A DNA stretch of 64,000 bases from IMG/VR virus record IMGVR_UViG_646564533_000005; one strand, 5' to 3'. Position numbers and translations under genes: made by a program. The notes under the pieces were generated by a model. That model ran no database searches. It was not told the origin of the DNA and saw only the letters and a program-made list of their open reading frames with translations. Source of the DNA: a virus. Its lineage: Duplodnaviria; Heunggongvirae; Uroviricota; Caudoviricetes. Positions 11,905-21,720 of this stretch are shown here, one piece after another. How positions within the stretch are numbered: the stretch's first letter is position 1; each line of letters opens with the position of its first letter.

Positions 11905-12602
11905 AAAACATCGCCGCACAGATGGTTAACTTTGACCGTGAGCAGATGCGTCGGATCGCCAACAACATGCCGGAACAGTACGACGAAAAGCCGCAGGTAC
12001 AGCAGGTAGCGCAGATCATCAACGGTGTGTTCAGCCAGTTACTGGCAACTTTCCCGGCGAGCCTGGCTAACCGTGACCAGAACGAACTGAACGAAATCCG
12101 CCGCCAGTGGGTTCTGGCTTTCCGGGAAAACGGGATCACCACAATGGAACAGGTTAACGCAGGAATGCGCGTAGCCCGTCGGCAGAATCGACCATTTCTG
12201 CCATCACCCGGGCAGTTTGTTGCATGGTGCCGGGAAGAAGCATCCGTTATCGCCGGACTGCCAAACGTCAGCGAGCTGGTTGATATGGTTTACGAGTATT
12301 GCCGGAAGCGAGGCCTGTATCCGGATGCGGAGTCTTATCCATGGAAATCGAACGCGCACTACTGGCTGGTTACCAACCTGTACCAGAACATGCGAGCCAA
12401 TGCGCTGACTGACGCGGAATTACGGCGCAAGGCTGCCGATGAACTGACCTGTATGACCGCGCGAATTAACCGTGGTGAGGCAATACCTGAACCAGTAAAA
12501 CAACTTCCTGTCATGGGGGGAAGACCTCTAAATCGTGTTCAGGCGCTGGCGAAGATCGCAGAAATTAAAGCTAAGTTCGGACTGAAAGGAGCAAGTCTAT
12601 GA
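11901..12602 (+). CDS. P: replication protein P (helicase loader)
   Basis: 233 aa matching lambda P; overlaps the O stop. Confidence 0.95.
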   Translation: MKNIAAQMVNFDREQMRRIANNMPEQYDEKPQVQQVAQIINGVFSQLLATFPASLANRDQNELNEIRRQWVLAFRENGITTMEQVNAGMRVARRQNRPFLPSPGQFVAWCREEASVIAGLPNVSELVDMVYEYCRKRGLYPDAESYPWKSNAHYWLVTNLYQNMRANALTDAELRRKAADELTCMTARINRGEAIPEPVKQLPVMGGRPLNRVQALAKIAEIKAKFGLKGASL

Positions 12603-12889
12603 CGGGCAAAGAAGCAATTATTCATTATCTGGAGACGCACAAGAGCTTCTGTGCGCCGGACGTTGCCGCGCTAACAGGCGCAACAGTAACCAGCATAAAT
12701 CAGGCCGCGGCTAAAATGGCACGGGCAGGTCTTCTGGTTATCGAAGGTAAGGTCTGGCGAACGGTGTATTACCGGTTTGCTACCAGGGAAGAACGGGAAG
12801 GAAAGATGAGCACGAACCTGATTTTTAAGGAGTGTCGCCAGAGTGCCGCGATGAAACGGGTATTGGCGGTATATGGAGTTAAAAGATGA
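12599..12889 (+). CDS. ren: Ren
   Basis: 96 aa, lambda Ren-like; 4-nt overlap with P. Confidence 0.8.
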   Translation: MTGKEAIIHYLETHKSFCAPDVAALTGATVTSINQAAAKMARAGLLVIEGKVWRTVYYRFATREEREGKMSTNLIFKECRQSAAMKRVLAVYGVKR

Positions 12890-12962
12890 CCATCTACATC
12901 ACTGAGCTAATAACAGGCCTGCTGGTAATCGCAGGCCTTTTTATTTGGGGGAGAGGGAAGTC

Positions 12963-13403
12963 ATGAAAAAACTAACCTTTGAAATTCGATCTCCAGCACA
13001 TCAGCAAAACGCTATTCACGCAGTACAGCAAATCCTTCCAGACCCGACCAAACCAATCGTAGTAACCATTCAGGAACGCAACCGCAGCTTAGACCAAAAC
13101 AGGAAGCTATGGGCCTGCTTAGGTGACGTCTCTCGTCAGGTTGAATGGCATGGTCGCTGGCTGGATGCAGAAAGCTGGAAGTGCGTTTTTACAGCAGCAT
13201 TAAAGCAGCAGGACGTTGTTCCTAACCTTGCCGGGAATGGCTTTGTGGTAATAGGCCAGTCAACCAGCAGGATGCGTGTAAGCGAATTTGCGGAGCTATT
13301 AGAGCTTATACAGGCATTCGGTACAGAGCGTGGCGTTAAGTGGTCAGACGAAGCGCGACTGGCTCTCGAATGGAAAGCGCGATGGGGAGATCGGGCTGCA
13401 TGA
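12963..13403 (+). CDS. ninB: NinB recombination protein
   Basis: MKKLTFEIRSPAHQQNAIHAVQQILPDPTKPIVV... matches lambda NinB. Confidence 0.85.
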   Translation: MKKLTFEIRSPAHQQNAIHAVQQILPDPTKPIVVTIQERNRSLDQNRKLWACLGDVSRQVEWHGRWLDAESWKCVFTAALKQQDVVPNLAGNGFVVIGQSTSRMRVSEFAELLELIQAFGTERGVKWSDEARLALEWKARWGDRAA

Positions 13404-13927
13404 CTATCAAATCAAATACGCCAGCACACGACAAGGACTGCTGGCAAACGCCGCTCTGGCTTTTTGATGCACTGGATATTGAGTTTGGATTCTGGCTGGA
13501 TTCAGCAGCGAGCGACAAAAATGCTCTGTGCGCTCACTGGCTGACTGAGGCCGACGACGCGCTCAATTCTGAGTGGGTAAGCCACGGTGCAATCTGGAAT
13601 AACCCACCGTACAGCAATATCAGGCCGTGGGTGGAAAAAGCCGCTGAGCAGTGCATACAACAGCGACAGACGGTAGTTATGCTTGTGCCAGAGGATATGT
13701 CAGTCGGATGGTTCAGCAAGGCTCTGGAGAGTGTCGACGAAGTTCGCATTATCACTGATGGACGGATTAATTTTATCGAACCATCGACGGGGGTGGAGAA
13801 GAAGGGAAACAGCAAAGGCTCCATGCTGCTGATTTGGCGACCGTTCATCAGTCCTCGACGGATGTTTACTACCGTATCCAAAGCGGCATTGATGGCGATC
13901 GGGCAGGGCGTCAGGAGGGCGGCATGA
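13400..13927 (+). CDS. DNA N6-adenine methyltransferase (phage Dam-like) replacing ninC/ninD
   Basis: NPPY catalytic motif (IWNNPPYSN); ATGA overlap with ninB. Confidence 0.75.
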   Translation: MTIKSNTPAHDKDCWQTPLWLFDALDIEFGFWLDSAASDKNALCAHWLTEADDALNSEWVSHGAIWNNPPYSNIRPWVEKAAEQCIQQRQTVVMLVPEDMSVGWFSKALESVDEVRIITDGRINFIEPSTGVEKKGNSKGSMLLIWRPFISPRRMFTTVSKAALMAIGQGVRRAA

Positions 13928-14106
13928 GGCGACAACGACGAAGTATCACCGACATCATCTGCGAAAACTGCAAATACCTTCCAACGAAACGCTCCAGAAA
14001 TAAACCCAAGCCAATCCCAAAAGAATCTGACGTAAAAACCTTCAACTACACGGCTCACCTGTGGGATATCCGGTGGCTAAGACATCGTGCGAGGAATACA
14101 AGGTGA
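13924..14106 (+). CDS. ninE: NinE
   Basis: [30 protein letters not shown]... matches lambda NinE. Confidence 0.75.
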   Translation: MRRQRRSITDIICENCKYLPTKRSRNKPKPIPKESDVKTFNYTAHLWDIRWLRHRARNTR

Positions 14107-14273
14107 TTGACCCAAATCGAAGTTACGAACAAGAAAGCGTCGAGCGGGCTTTAACGTGCGCTAATTGCGGTCAGAAGCTGCATGTGCTGGAAGTTCACTT
14201 GTGTGAGCACTGCTGTGCAGAGCTGATGAGCGATCCGAATAGCTCGATGCACGAGGAAGAAGACGATGGCTAA
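14103..14273 (+). CDS. ninF: NinF (GTG start)
   Basis: [30 protein letters not shown]... matches lambda NinF; GTGA overlap with ninE. Confidence 0.65.
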   Translation: MIDPNRSYEQESVERALTCANCGQKLHVLEVHLCEHCCAELMSDPNSSMHEEEDDG

Positions 14274-14871
14274 ACCAGCGCGAAGGAAATGCAAAATATG
14301 CAAGGAATGGTTTCACCCGGCATTCTCAAATCAGTGGTGGTGCTGCCCGGAACACGGAACTCAATTAGCACTCGAACGACGAAGCAAAGAACGCGAAAAA
14401 GCGGAAAAAGCAGCAGAGAAGAAACGACGACGAGAGGAGCAGAAACAGAAAGATAAACTTAAGATTAGAAAACTCGCCTTAAAGCCCCGCAGTTACTGGA
14501 TTAAACAAGCCCAACAAGCCGTAAACGCCTTCATCAGAGAAAGAGACCGCGACTTACCATGTATCTCGTGCGGAACGCTCACGTCTGCTCAGTGGGATGC
14601 CGGGCATTACCGGACAACTGCTGCGGCACCTCAACTCCGGTTTGATGAACGCAATATTCACAAGCAATGCGTGGTGTGCAACCAGCATAAAAGCGGAAAT
14701 CTCGTTCCGTATCGTGTCGAACTGATTAACCGCATTGGGCAGGAAGCAGTAGAGGAAATCGAATCAGACCATAACCGCCATCGCTGGACTGTCGAAGAGT
14801 GCAGGGCCATCAAGGCGGAGTATCAACAGAAACTTAAAAAACTGCGAAACAGCAGAAGTGAGGCTGCATGA
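14266..14871 (+). CDS. ninG: NinG/Rap recombination endonuclease
   Basis: 201 aa, Cys-rich N-terminus, lambda NinG-like. Confidence 0.85.
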   Translation: MAKPARRKCKICKEWFHPAFSNQWWCCPEHGTQLALERRSKEREKAEKAAEKKRRREEQKQKDKLKIRKLALKPRSYWIKQAQQAVNAFIRERDRDLPCISCGTLTSAQWDAGHYRTTAAAPQLRFDERNIHKQCVVCNQHKSGNLVPYRVELINRIGQEAVEEIESDHNRHRWTVEECRAIKAEYQQKLKKLRNSRSEAA

Positions 14872-15539
14872 ATATCTACGAAAGAATTGATGGCAGCAAA
14901 TACCGAAATATTTGGGTAGTTGGCGATCTGCACGGATGCTACACGAACCTGATGAACAAACTGGATACGATTGGATTCGACAACAAAAAAGACCTGCTTA
15001 TCTCGGTGGGTGATTTGGTTGATCGCGGTACAGAGAACGTCGAATGCCTGGAATTAATCACATTCCCCTGGTTCAGAGCTGTACGTGGAAACCATGAGCA
15101 AATGATGATTGATGGCTTGTCAGAGCGTGGAAACGTCAATCACTGGCTGCTTAATGGCGGCGGCTGGTTCTTTAATCTCGATTACGACCAAGAAATTCTG
15201 GTTAAAGCACTTGCTTATAAAGCAGATGAACTTCCATTAATCATCGAACTGGTGAGCAAAGATAAAAAATATGTCATCTGTCACGCCGATTATCCTTGTG
15301 ACGAATACGAGTTTGGAAAGCCAGTTGATAATCAGCAGGTAATCTGGAATCGCGAACGAATCAGCAACTCACAAGACGGGATCGTGAAAGAAATCAAAGG
15401 CGCGGACACGTTCATCCTTGGTCATACGCCAGCAGTGAAACCACTCAAATTTGCCAACCAGATGTATATCGATACTGGCGCAGTGTTCTGCGGAAACCTC
15501 ACATTGATTCAGGTACAGGGAGAAGTCGCATGGGTATAA
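14868..15539 (+). CDS. ninI: Ser/Thr protein phosphatase (lambda PPase/NinI-like)
   Basis: metallophosphatase motifs GDLHG...GDLVDRG...GNHE. Confidence 0.85.
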   Translation: MNIYERIDGSKYRNIWVVGDLHGCYTNLMNKLDTIGFDNKKDLLISVGDLVDRGTENVECLELITFPWFRAVRGNHEQMMIDGLSERGNVNHWLLNGGGWFFNLDYDQEILVKALAYKADELPLIIELVSKDKKYVICHADYPCDEYEFGKPVDNQQVIWNRERISNSQDGIVKEIKGADTFILGHTPAVKPLKFANQMYIDTGAVFCGNLTLIQVQGEVAWV

Positions 15540-16048
15540 GAGAACTAAACCTCACCAAAGAACAGCACGATTGGCTGAATGGCTGGCTTGAACTGTGGGG
15601 CGCATGGGTTTATTCAGGTCGTCTGGAAAAGCGCATGAGCAGCGTAATAGCGAAGTTCATGGAGAGCGTAGAGCCGGGAAGAATTATGACAAGGCCAATG
15701 TGCAATGATGATGATGGAATGTTGATTTCTCAGGTCGTCGATTCCGTCATGTGCATTGACAAGAAAGCCTTTGGCATCCTCCTCAGCTACTACGCTCATG
15801 GTTCATCTAAGCGAGCAATTGCATCCTACTATCACGCGACTGCAAAGCCACGCAAGATGTGTGGACGTGGTGGCGAGGGATGGAGAAAACCTTCACTGGC
15901 AACCTGTAGAAATGAAATTGACGACATCCTGAAAGCATCATTATTTGTTTTGTACCAACCAATGCAAAATGCTTTCAAAATGCGTAAACGTGTTGAGAAA
16001 GTTAAACACATTGCTGTTAAAAGTCTTGACATGCAATTATCCATTTAG
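15530..16048 (+). CDS. Q: late-gene antiterminator Q (non-lambda allele, 21/933W-like family)
   Basis: position between nin genes and PR'; 172-aa ORF; family assignment by context and recall. Confidence 0.7.
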   Translation: MGIRELNLTKEQHDWLNGWLELWGAWVYSGRLEKRMSSVIAKFMESVEPGRIMTRPMCNDDDGMLISQVVDSVMCIDKKAFGILLSYYAHGSSKRAIASYYHATAKPRKMCGRGGEGWRKPSLATCRNEIDDILKASLFVLYQPMQNAFKMRKRVEKVKHIAVKSLDMQLSI

Positions 16049-16056
16049 CCATAATT
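16026..16056 (+). promoter_or_regulatory. putative late promoter PR' (TTGACA -35, CATAAT-like -10) overlapping the Q 3' end
   Basis: TTGACA at 16026-16031 with an ATAAT element about 18 bp downstream. Confidence 0.45.
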
Positions 16057-16068
16057 AGAAGGTAAGCT

Positions 16069-16107
16069 GCCGTTAGTGACTCTTAAGTTGCAACGGTGGC
16101 TTTTTTT
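16069..16107 (+). terminator. putative tR'-like hairpin plus T7 tract
   Basis: ccgtt...aacgg stem followed by ttttttt. Confidence 0.35.
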
Positions 16108-16111
16108 ATTT

Positions 16112-16186
16112 GGGTCAGTCGTATAAAGGTCATTACGGAAGGCTGTTAACCTTCTTATCGTGGTTCGAGTCCACGCTGTCCCGCCA
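16112..16186 (+). tRNA. phage tRNA-like gene (anticodon loop CTGTTAA, apparent GUU/Asn; D-arm non-canonical)
   Basis: perfect anticodon and T stems, GGTTCGAGTCC T-arm, CCA end; one acceptor mismatch; folded by hand. Confidence 0.5.
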
Positions 16187-16191
16187 AACAT

Positions 16192-16267
16192 GCTGGTTTA
16201 GCTCCAATGGTAGAGCAACTGACTTGTAATCATCAGGTCGCCAGTTCGATTCCGGTAGTCGGCACCA
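16192..16267 (+). tRNA. phage tRNA-like gene (canonical D-arm TAGCTCCAATGGTAGAGC; weak anticodon stem; identity uncertain, possibly degenerate)
   Basis: acceptor stem with G-U pairs, T-arm TTCGATT, CCA end; loop CTTGTAA. Confidence 0.45.
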
Positions 16268-16270
16268 TAT

Positions 16271-16345
16271 GCGGGTATCATATAATGGCTATTACCTCAG
16301 CCTTCCAGGCTGATGATGCGGGTTCGATTCCCGCTACCCGCTCCA
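16271..16345 (+). tRNA. phage tRNA-like gene (perfect acceptor, anticodon and T stems; anticodon loop CTTCCAG, identity uncertain)
   Basis: 75 nt, 7-bp acceptor, GGTTCGATTCC T-arm, CCA end; folded by hand. Confidence 0.55.
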
Positions 16346-16359
16346 GATTTATTATCAGT

Positions 16360-16380
16360 CTCGCTTCGGCGGGCTTTTTT
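16360..16380 (+). terminator. putative rho-independent terminator after the tRNA cluster
   Basis: ctcgcTTCGgcggg hairpin followed by ctttttt. Confidence 0.4.
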
Positions 16381-16977
16381 CATATCTGCGCCACGTTCGG
16401 TGCATATCAACCATAAAGCTTTTCAGGGACGGGGTTACGGGATAGTCAGTGTGACTTTATCCGTAGGCTGGTTACCCACTGGCGCAGGCTCTGCAGTTAC
16501 CGCTGGGGCAGTACCTGTGGAAAGTGCACGCTTTGGGCTGACTGTCATCATGTTGTTTCTGGTGGTGGCAGTGGATTTCACCGGGCGTCTGATGTCGGTA
16601 CTGGCTGATGGTGTGATGAAGCGTGGGATTGTGACATTACGGTGGTCGGTGATGAAAAGAAACAGTCTGAATAATGCTTGATTTTTTTACTTACTGTTTA
16701 TTAGAAATACTGCCGTATAGCGAATCCCATGTGTAAGAGGTTATCAGCAGGCTGGAATACTGGGGGGCGCGGATTCAGGTGCTGATACTGAATTCACCGG
16801 GGCGGCCACCGGACCATGCATATATCAAAGTTGTGATTCTACTTATCATTTTCCTTGTGAGTTTTGGCTGCGCATGGCGCGGCCTTTTTTTACGATCTGC
16901 CACTGGCAGATGCTCATCCTGTGATTTTCTTCTGTTTCGGCCTTTTTTACTCTATTCCTGTGCATGGGAGAAATTCG

Positions 16978-18819
16978 ATGTCGATTAATCGTTACGATAT
17001 TGTGCGGGCAGCATCGCCATCAGATCTGGCGGACAAGCTCACGCAAAAACTGAAAGAAGGCTGGCAGCCGTTTGGTAGCCCTGTGGCCATAACTCCTTAT
17101 ACCCTGATGCAGGCGATTGCAGCAGAAGGTGATGTGGTGGTCAGTGGCACAACTGAGCCGGAGTGGTACTACGTGGTCGTGCTGGCCGGACAGTCCAATG
17201 CCATGTCTTATGGTGAGGGTATTCCTCTTCCTGATTCATATGATGCGCCTGATCCGCGTATTAAGCAGTTGGCACGTCGCAGTACGGTGACGCCTGGCGG
17301 AGAGGCATGTGTATTTAACGATGTGATCCCGGCAGATCATTGTCTGCATGATGTGCAGGATATGAGTGTGTTCAGTCACCCTGAAGCAGATTTAAGCAAA
17401 GGTCAGTATGGGTGTGTCGGACAGGGCTTACATATCGCCAAACGTCTGCTGCCGTATATCCCAAAAAATGCCGGGATTCTGCTGGTTCCCTGCTCCCGTG
17501 GCGGTTCAGCATTTACAGCAGGGGCGGATGGTACATTCAGTGAAGCTACGGGGGCCAGCCAGAACTCTGCGCGCTGGGGAGTGGGTAAGCCGTTATATCA
17601 GGATCTGATACTGCGTACAAAAGCGGCACTGGCGAAGAATCCTGAAAATGTTCTGCTGGCGGTATGCTGGATGCAGGGTGAATTCGATATGACAAACGCT
17701 GGCTATGCTCAGCAGCCTGCAGCATTCCAGTCGATGGTGCAGCAGTTCCGTAGCGACCTTGCCGGTATGGCGGCGCAGTGTCATGGTGGAAGCGCTCAAA
17801 AAGTGCCGTGGATTTGTGGTGACACCACATACATCTGGAAACAGAAGTACGCCACACAATATGAGGCGGTGTATGGCGCTTATAAAGGAAAGGAAGCACA
17901 GAATATTTTCTTTGTTCCTTTTATGACAGGTGGCAGTGGTGAAAACACGCCCACGAATGAGCCGACGGAAGATCCGGATATCGTGGCTGCCGGTTATTAC
18001 GGGGCGGCATCCCGGACATCGGCCAACTGGACGTCAGCAGACCGTGCGAGCCATTTCAGTGCCTGGGCACGGCGTGGGATTATTGCAGACAGAATGGCCT
18101 CGGCTATCCTGTCGCAGGCAGGGCGCTCACAGGCATTTATTGCCGGTGTAAAACCGGAGAACACACCATCAGCAGGTGGCTCTACGTCGCCGGATGACTC
18201 ATCCCTGGAATCGATATCGCTTCTGGCCTCCGCCGGCGATGTTGCTTCTCAGGGGTGGAGTATTACCGGGGGCAGCGTTCAGTTATCGGATGGCGTACTG
18301 AGAATTGTCAAAGAGAGCGGTAAAAGCTGGATACTATCGCATCCGGTGAAGAATGCATCCTCACTGCTGAGCCGGGGAGGGAAGCTGACCTGTAAGTTCC
18401 GTCTGACTGGTGCTCTGACAAACAACCAGTTTGGACTGGGGCTTTATCTGTACACAGACGCTCCTGTTCCTGATGGTGTGACGATAACGGGGACTGGTGA
18501 TCCGTTCCTGATGTCGTACTTTACGCAGACCACCGACGGCAAACTGAATCTGATGCACCACAGGAAGTCAGGAAACACGAAGCTGGGGGAATTCGGGAAC
18601 TACAGTAACGACTGGCAGGCGCTGGAGCTGGTGTTCACCGCCGGCAGTGCCACGGTTACTCCGAAACTGAATGGAGTGGCTGGCCCGGCATTCCAGGTTA
18701 TAAAAGACAGTCTGACACTGGGACTGAATGCGCTGACGCTGACGGATGTTACAAAAAATGCAGCGTATGGCGTTGAGATAGAAAGTCTGGTGCTGGAGAT
18801 AAATGCACCGGCAGCATAA
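16978..18819 (+). CDS. nanS: prophage NanS-p-like sialate O-acetylesterase (DUF1737 N-terminus plus esterase domain)
   Basis: N-terminus MSINRYDIVRAASPSDLADKLTQKLKEGWQPFGSP typical of 933W-type NanS-p as recalled; located downstream of Q-tRNA as in Stx phages. Confidence 0.75.
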   Translation: MSINRYDIVRAASPSDLADKLTQKLKEGWQPFGSPVAITPYTLMQAIAAEGDVVVSGTTEPEWYYVVVLAGQSNAMSYGEGIPLPDSYDAPDPRIKQLARRSTVTPGGEACVFNDVIPADHCLHDVQDMSVFSHPEADLSKGQYGCVGQGLHIAKRLLPYIPKNAGILLVPCSRGGSAFTAGADGTFSEATGASQNSARWGVGKPLYQDLILRTKAALAKNPENVLLAVCWMQGEFDMTNAGYAQQPAAFQSMVQQFRSDLAGMAAQCHGGSAQKVPWICGDTTYIWKQKYATQYEAVYGAYKGKEAQNIFFVPFMTGGSGENTPTNEPTEDPDIVAAGYYGAASRTSANWTSADRASHFSAWARRGIIADRMASAILSQAGRSQAFIAGVKPENTPSAGGSTSPDDSSLESISLLASAGDVASQGWSITGGSVQLSDGVLRIVKESGKSWILSHPVKNASSLLSRGGKLTCKFRLTGALTNNQFGLGLYLYTDAPVPDGVTITGTGDPFLMSYFTQTTDGKLNLMHHRKSGNTKLGEFGNYSNDWQALELVFTAGSATVTPKLNGVAGPAFQVIKDSLTLGLNALTLTDVTKNAAYGVEIESLVLEINAPAA

Positions 18820-19265
18820 TAAAAAAAGCCAGCGACTGACCTGAAAGAAGACGCTGGCTAAAAGGCCTTATATGTTTGTAGAGACTTATTTTTCACAGAC
18901 AGCAATGATGCCTGTCAATATATTATCAATATGCGGATTGTTTCAGTTACAGATGCTTTATTAAGGAAAAAACAGCCAGCACTGACTTTCGGTGAAGAGG
19001 TGCTGGCTCAAAAGGATAGATGTACTTCACATGTTGCTTCTATATGGCGGTACATTTTCTGACAGACAGTGACGGATGTTGTCAAGATATTGTGTCATTT
19101 ATAACCTGAATCAGGGAGGGAGCCGGAATGTTATCTGGCATTTTTAGCAGAGCCTGAATGCCATAATCACGGCTCCCGGTGTTGGCCGTCAGTGGGTGAC
19201 ACTGGCGGCTTTTTTGTTTTTCTTTACTTTCATTTTCTGTCGGCGGTGACGGAGACATACATCAG

Positions 19266-19472
19266 ATGGAAAAAATCACAACAGGTGTGTCATACACCAC
19301 GTCAGCGGTGGGGACGGGATACTGGTTACTGCAGCTGCTGGACAAAGTCTCTCCGTCCCAGTGGGTGGCAATAGGTGTGCTGGGAAGTCTGCTGTTTGGC
19401 CTGCTGACGTATCTGACAAATCTTTATTTCAAGATTAAAGAAGATAAGCGTAAGGCTGCGAGAGGTGAATAA
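19266..19472 (+). CDS. S: holin, phage 21 S-type (pinholin)
   Basis: 68 aa with two TMDs, [25 protein letters not shown]...; TAATG junction with R. Confidence 0.85.
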   Translation: MEKITTGVSYTTSAVGTGYWLLQLLDKVSPSQWVAIGVLGSLLFGLLTYLTNLYFKIKEDKRKAARGE

Positions 19473-19969
19473 TGTCGCCGTCATTACGCAAGGCTGTTGC
19501 AGCTGCTATTGGTGGTGGGGCTGTTGCCATAGCGTCTGTGCTCATCACTGGTCCAGGTGGTAACGATGGTCTGGAAGGTGTCAGCTACATACCATACAAA
19601 GATATCGTTGGCGTATGGACTGTATGTCACGGACACACCGGAAAAGACATCATGCCCGGTAAAACGTATACCGAAGCAGAATGCAAAGCCCTCCTGAATA
19701 AAGACCTTGCCACGGTCGCCAGACAAATTAACCCGTACATCAAAGTCGATATACCGGAAACAACGCGCGGCGCTCTTTACTCGTTCGTTTACAACGTGGG
19801 CGCTGGCAATTTCAGAACATCGACGCTTCTTCGCAAAATAAACCAGGGTGATATCAAAGGCGCATGTGATCAGCTACGGCGCTGGACATACGCTGGCGGT
19901 AAGCAATGGAAAGGGCTGATGACTCGCCGCGAGATTGAGCGTGAAGTCTGTTTGTGGGGGCAACAATGA
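19472..19969 (+). CDS. R: SAR-endolysin (lysozyme, R21 type)
   Basis: N-terminal Gly/Ala-rich SAR segment, catalytic E...D...T context of T4-lysozyme-like fold. Confidence 0.85.
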   Translation: MSPSLRKAVAAAIGGGAVAIASVLITGPGGNDGLEGVSYIPYKDIVGVWTVCHGHTGKDIMPGKTYTEAECKALLNKDLATVARQINPYIKVDIPETTRGALYSFVYNVGAGNFRTSTLLRKINQGDIKGACDQLRRWTYAGGKQWKGLMTRREIEREVCLWGQQ

Positions 19970-20430
19970 GCAGGGTAACCGTTATTATCTCCGCTCTGGT
20001 TATCTGCATTATCGCCTGCCTGTCATGGGCTGTTAATCATTACCGCGACAATGCCATTACCTACAAAGCCCAGCGCGACAAAAATGCCAGAGAACTGAAG
20101 CTGGCGAATGCGGTAATTACTGACATGCAGATGCGTCAGCGTGATGTTGCTGCGCTCGATGCAAAATACACGAAGGAGTTAGCTGATGCGAAAGCTGAAA
20201 ATGATGCTCTGCGTGATGATGTTGCCGCTGGTCGTCGTCGGTTGCACATCAAAGCAGTCTGTCAGTCAGTGCGTGAAGCCACCACCGCCTCCGGCGTGGA
20301 TAATGCAGCCTCCCCCCGACTGGCAGACACCGCTGAACGGGATTATTTCATCCTCAGAGAACGGCTGATGACAATGCAGAAGCAACTGGAAGGAGCACAG
20401 GAATATATCCGTACCCAGTGTATACCGTGA
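19966..20430 (+). CDS. Rz: i-spanin Rz
   Basis: N-terminal TMD plus coiled coil; ATGA overlap with R. Confidence 0.85.
   Translation: MSRVTVIISALVICIIACLSWAVNHYRDNAITYKAQRDKNARELKLANAVITDMQMRQRDVAALDAKYTKELADAKAENDALRDDVAAGRRRLHIKAVCQSVREATTASGVDNAASPRLADTAERDYFILRERLMTMQKQLEGAQEYIRTQCIP
20186..20368 (+). CDS. Rz1: o-spanin Rz1 lipoprotein, embedded in Rz in the +1 frame
   Basis: lipobox LVVVGC, proline-rich (PPPPPAW...PPPDW), wholly inside Rz. Confidence 0.8.
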   Translation: MRKLKMMLCVMMLPLVVVGCTSKQSVSQCVKPPPPPAWIMQPPPDWQTPLNGIISSSENG

Positions 20431-20894
20431 TGTTTTGTTATGAAGGTGTTACTGGTAACGTTAAGGTAATTTAACAAAAAGTCAGTTCCGGACTTTATAG
20501 TGTGCTCAGATCATGGCCAAAAACGATTTCTGTGATAAATATTTTGAATATTATTTACAGATAAATGAAGTTGTTCGCATGGATGGAAATATTACAATAG
20601 AGTATGAAGTATATGTCCGTATTGTATGGGCAGAGAAGGCAAAAACACGGTAATTCCTTGTGTTGCCATTATACCTGATTGGCAGAATAGTTGTTTGGTT
20701 TTGAGTATATAGTCAGCGTTTTTTGTTCAGTAATAGCTCTCTCAAAAAATAATAAAATAAGGTGATTATTTGGGTTTATTATTTAGTTTTTTTGTGTGTT
20801 GTTTTGTTGTTTTTCTGTGATTTATTTTTTATTGTTATTTCATTAAAGGAAGGTAAATTCAGGATAGCAGTCTGTAGATAATCGGAGGTCACTT

Positions 20895-21209
20895 ATGCTA
20901 CATGATCACCTGGCAGAATGTCTGGAGAAAAAAGGACTGTACCGGAGAGCAGCTGAACGATGGGCAAAAGTGATGGTACAGCTAAGTGATGACCAGAAAA
21001 GAAAAGTGGCGGCACAGAAACGAGCAGAGTGTTTGCGTAAGGCGCGCCGGACTCCGGTTTCACCGATGAACCTGACAGAAATAAAACAAGCGGTCAACAG
21101 ACTACATTCTGAGTTGGGAATGGGATTTGAAGAGCGGCGGGTATTCCGACGATATAAAGGGACAGGAGAACAGAATACGTCCGGAAACGCGCGGTCAAAA
21201 AAATGCTAA
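20895..21209 (+). CDS. PerC/Pch-family transcriptional activator-like protein
   Basis: LEKKGLYRRAAERW...QKRAECLRKAR resembles the PerC family motif as recalled; preceded by about 430 bp of very AT-rich DNA. Confidence 0.55.
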   Translation: MLHDHLAECLEKKGLYRRAAERWAKVMVQLSDDQKRKVAAQKRAECLRKARRTPVSPMNLTEIKQAVNRLHSELGMGFEERRVFRRYKGTGEQNTSGNARSKKC

Positions 21210-21289
21210 AAAATATCTGAGAGAGTTATTGCCTGTTACCATAATAAAAAGCGACTTTAGTGGTCGCTTTTGTGTCATATATAAGTCAT

Positions 21290-21526
21290 TTAAGTAAACC
21301 TGTCTGAACAGGTGCTCTGGTCGTGTTTGTCTTTGTTGGGTAAAAATTGAGAATATTTTTCATTAATTAATCTTCTTCTGCAGGCTTCAATAACCCACGC
21401 TGAAAAATTCCCTGAACCTTTCTGGTCAAGAGCAATATTAATTTGTTCAATCATCTGGTTTGGAAATCGGATGTTGCGGGTTGTTGTTCTTCGGGTTCTG
21501 TTCTTCGATGACATAATGTTGCTCAT
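21290..21526 (-). CDS. YlcI/YnfO-family (DUF3950) small protein
   Basis: MSNIMSSKNRTRRTTTRNIRFPNQMIEQINIALDQKGSGNFSAWVIEACRRRL matches DLP12 YlcI as recalled. Confidence 0.55.
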   Translation of the reverse strand: MSNIMSSKNRTRRTTTRNIRFPNQMIEQINIALDQKGSGNFSAWVIEACRRRLINEKYSQFLPNKDKHDQSTCSDRFT

Positions 21527-21720
21527 ATTCAGTGTTGCTGATTTGTATTGTATGAAGTTGCTTTTACGTTAAGTTGATGTGGGGCAATTAATACGATATC
21601 TGCGCCATAATTGATTATTTGTCGTTGTTTGATGGCTCACACACATCGTTGTGATGAGCATTATTCACATGAAATTATTATCATTTTTGTGGGTCCTTTC
21701 CGGCGATCCTGCAGGCTACG

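Noticed and set aside
13534-14058. 174-aa minus-strand ORF
   Set aside because: Antisense to the Dam-like methyltransferase and ninE, which are translationally coupled and well supported.
16313-16681. 122-aa plus-strand ORF
   Set aside because: Its 5' part overlaps the third tRNA-like gene and a terminator hairpin; no RBS; treated as non-coding or remnant sequence rather than a gene.
16346-16977. Searched for Shiga toxin stxA/stxB in the canonical Q-tRNA to nanS interval
   Set aside because: No ORF with AB5 toxin features (signal peptide plus StxA/StxB-like sequence); the interval is too short.
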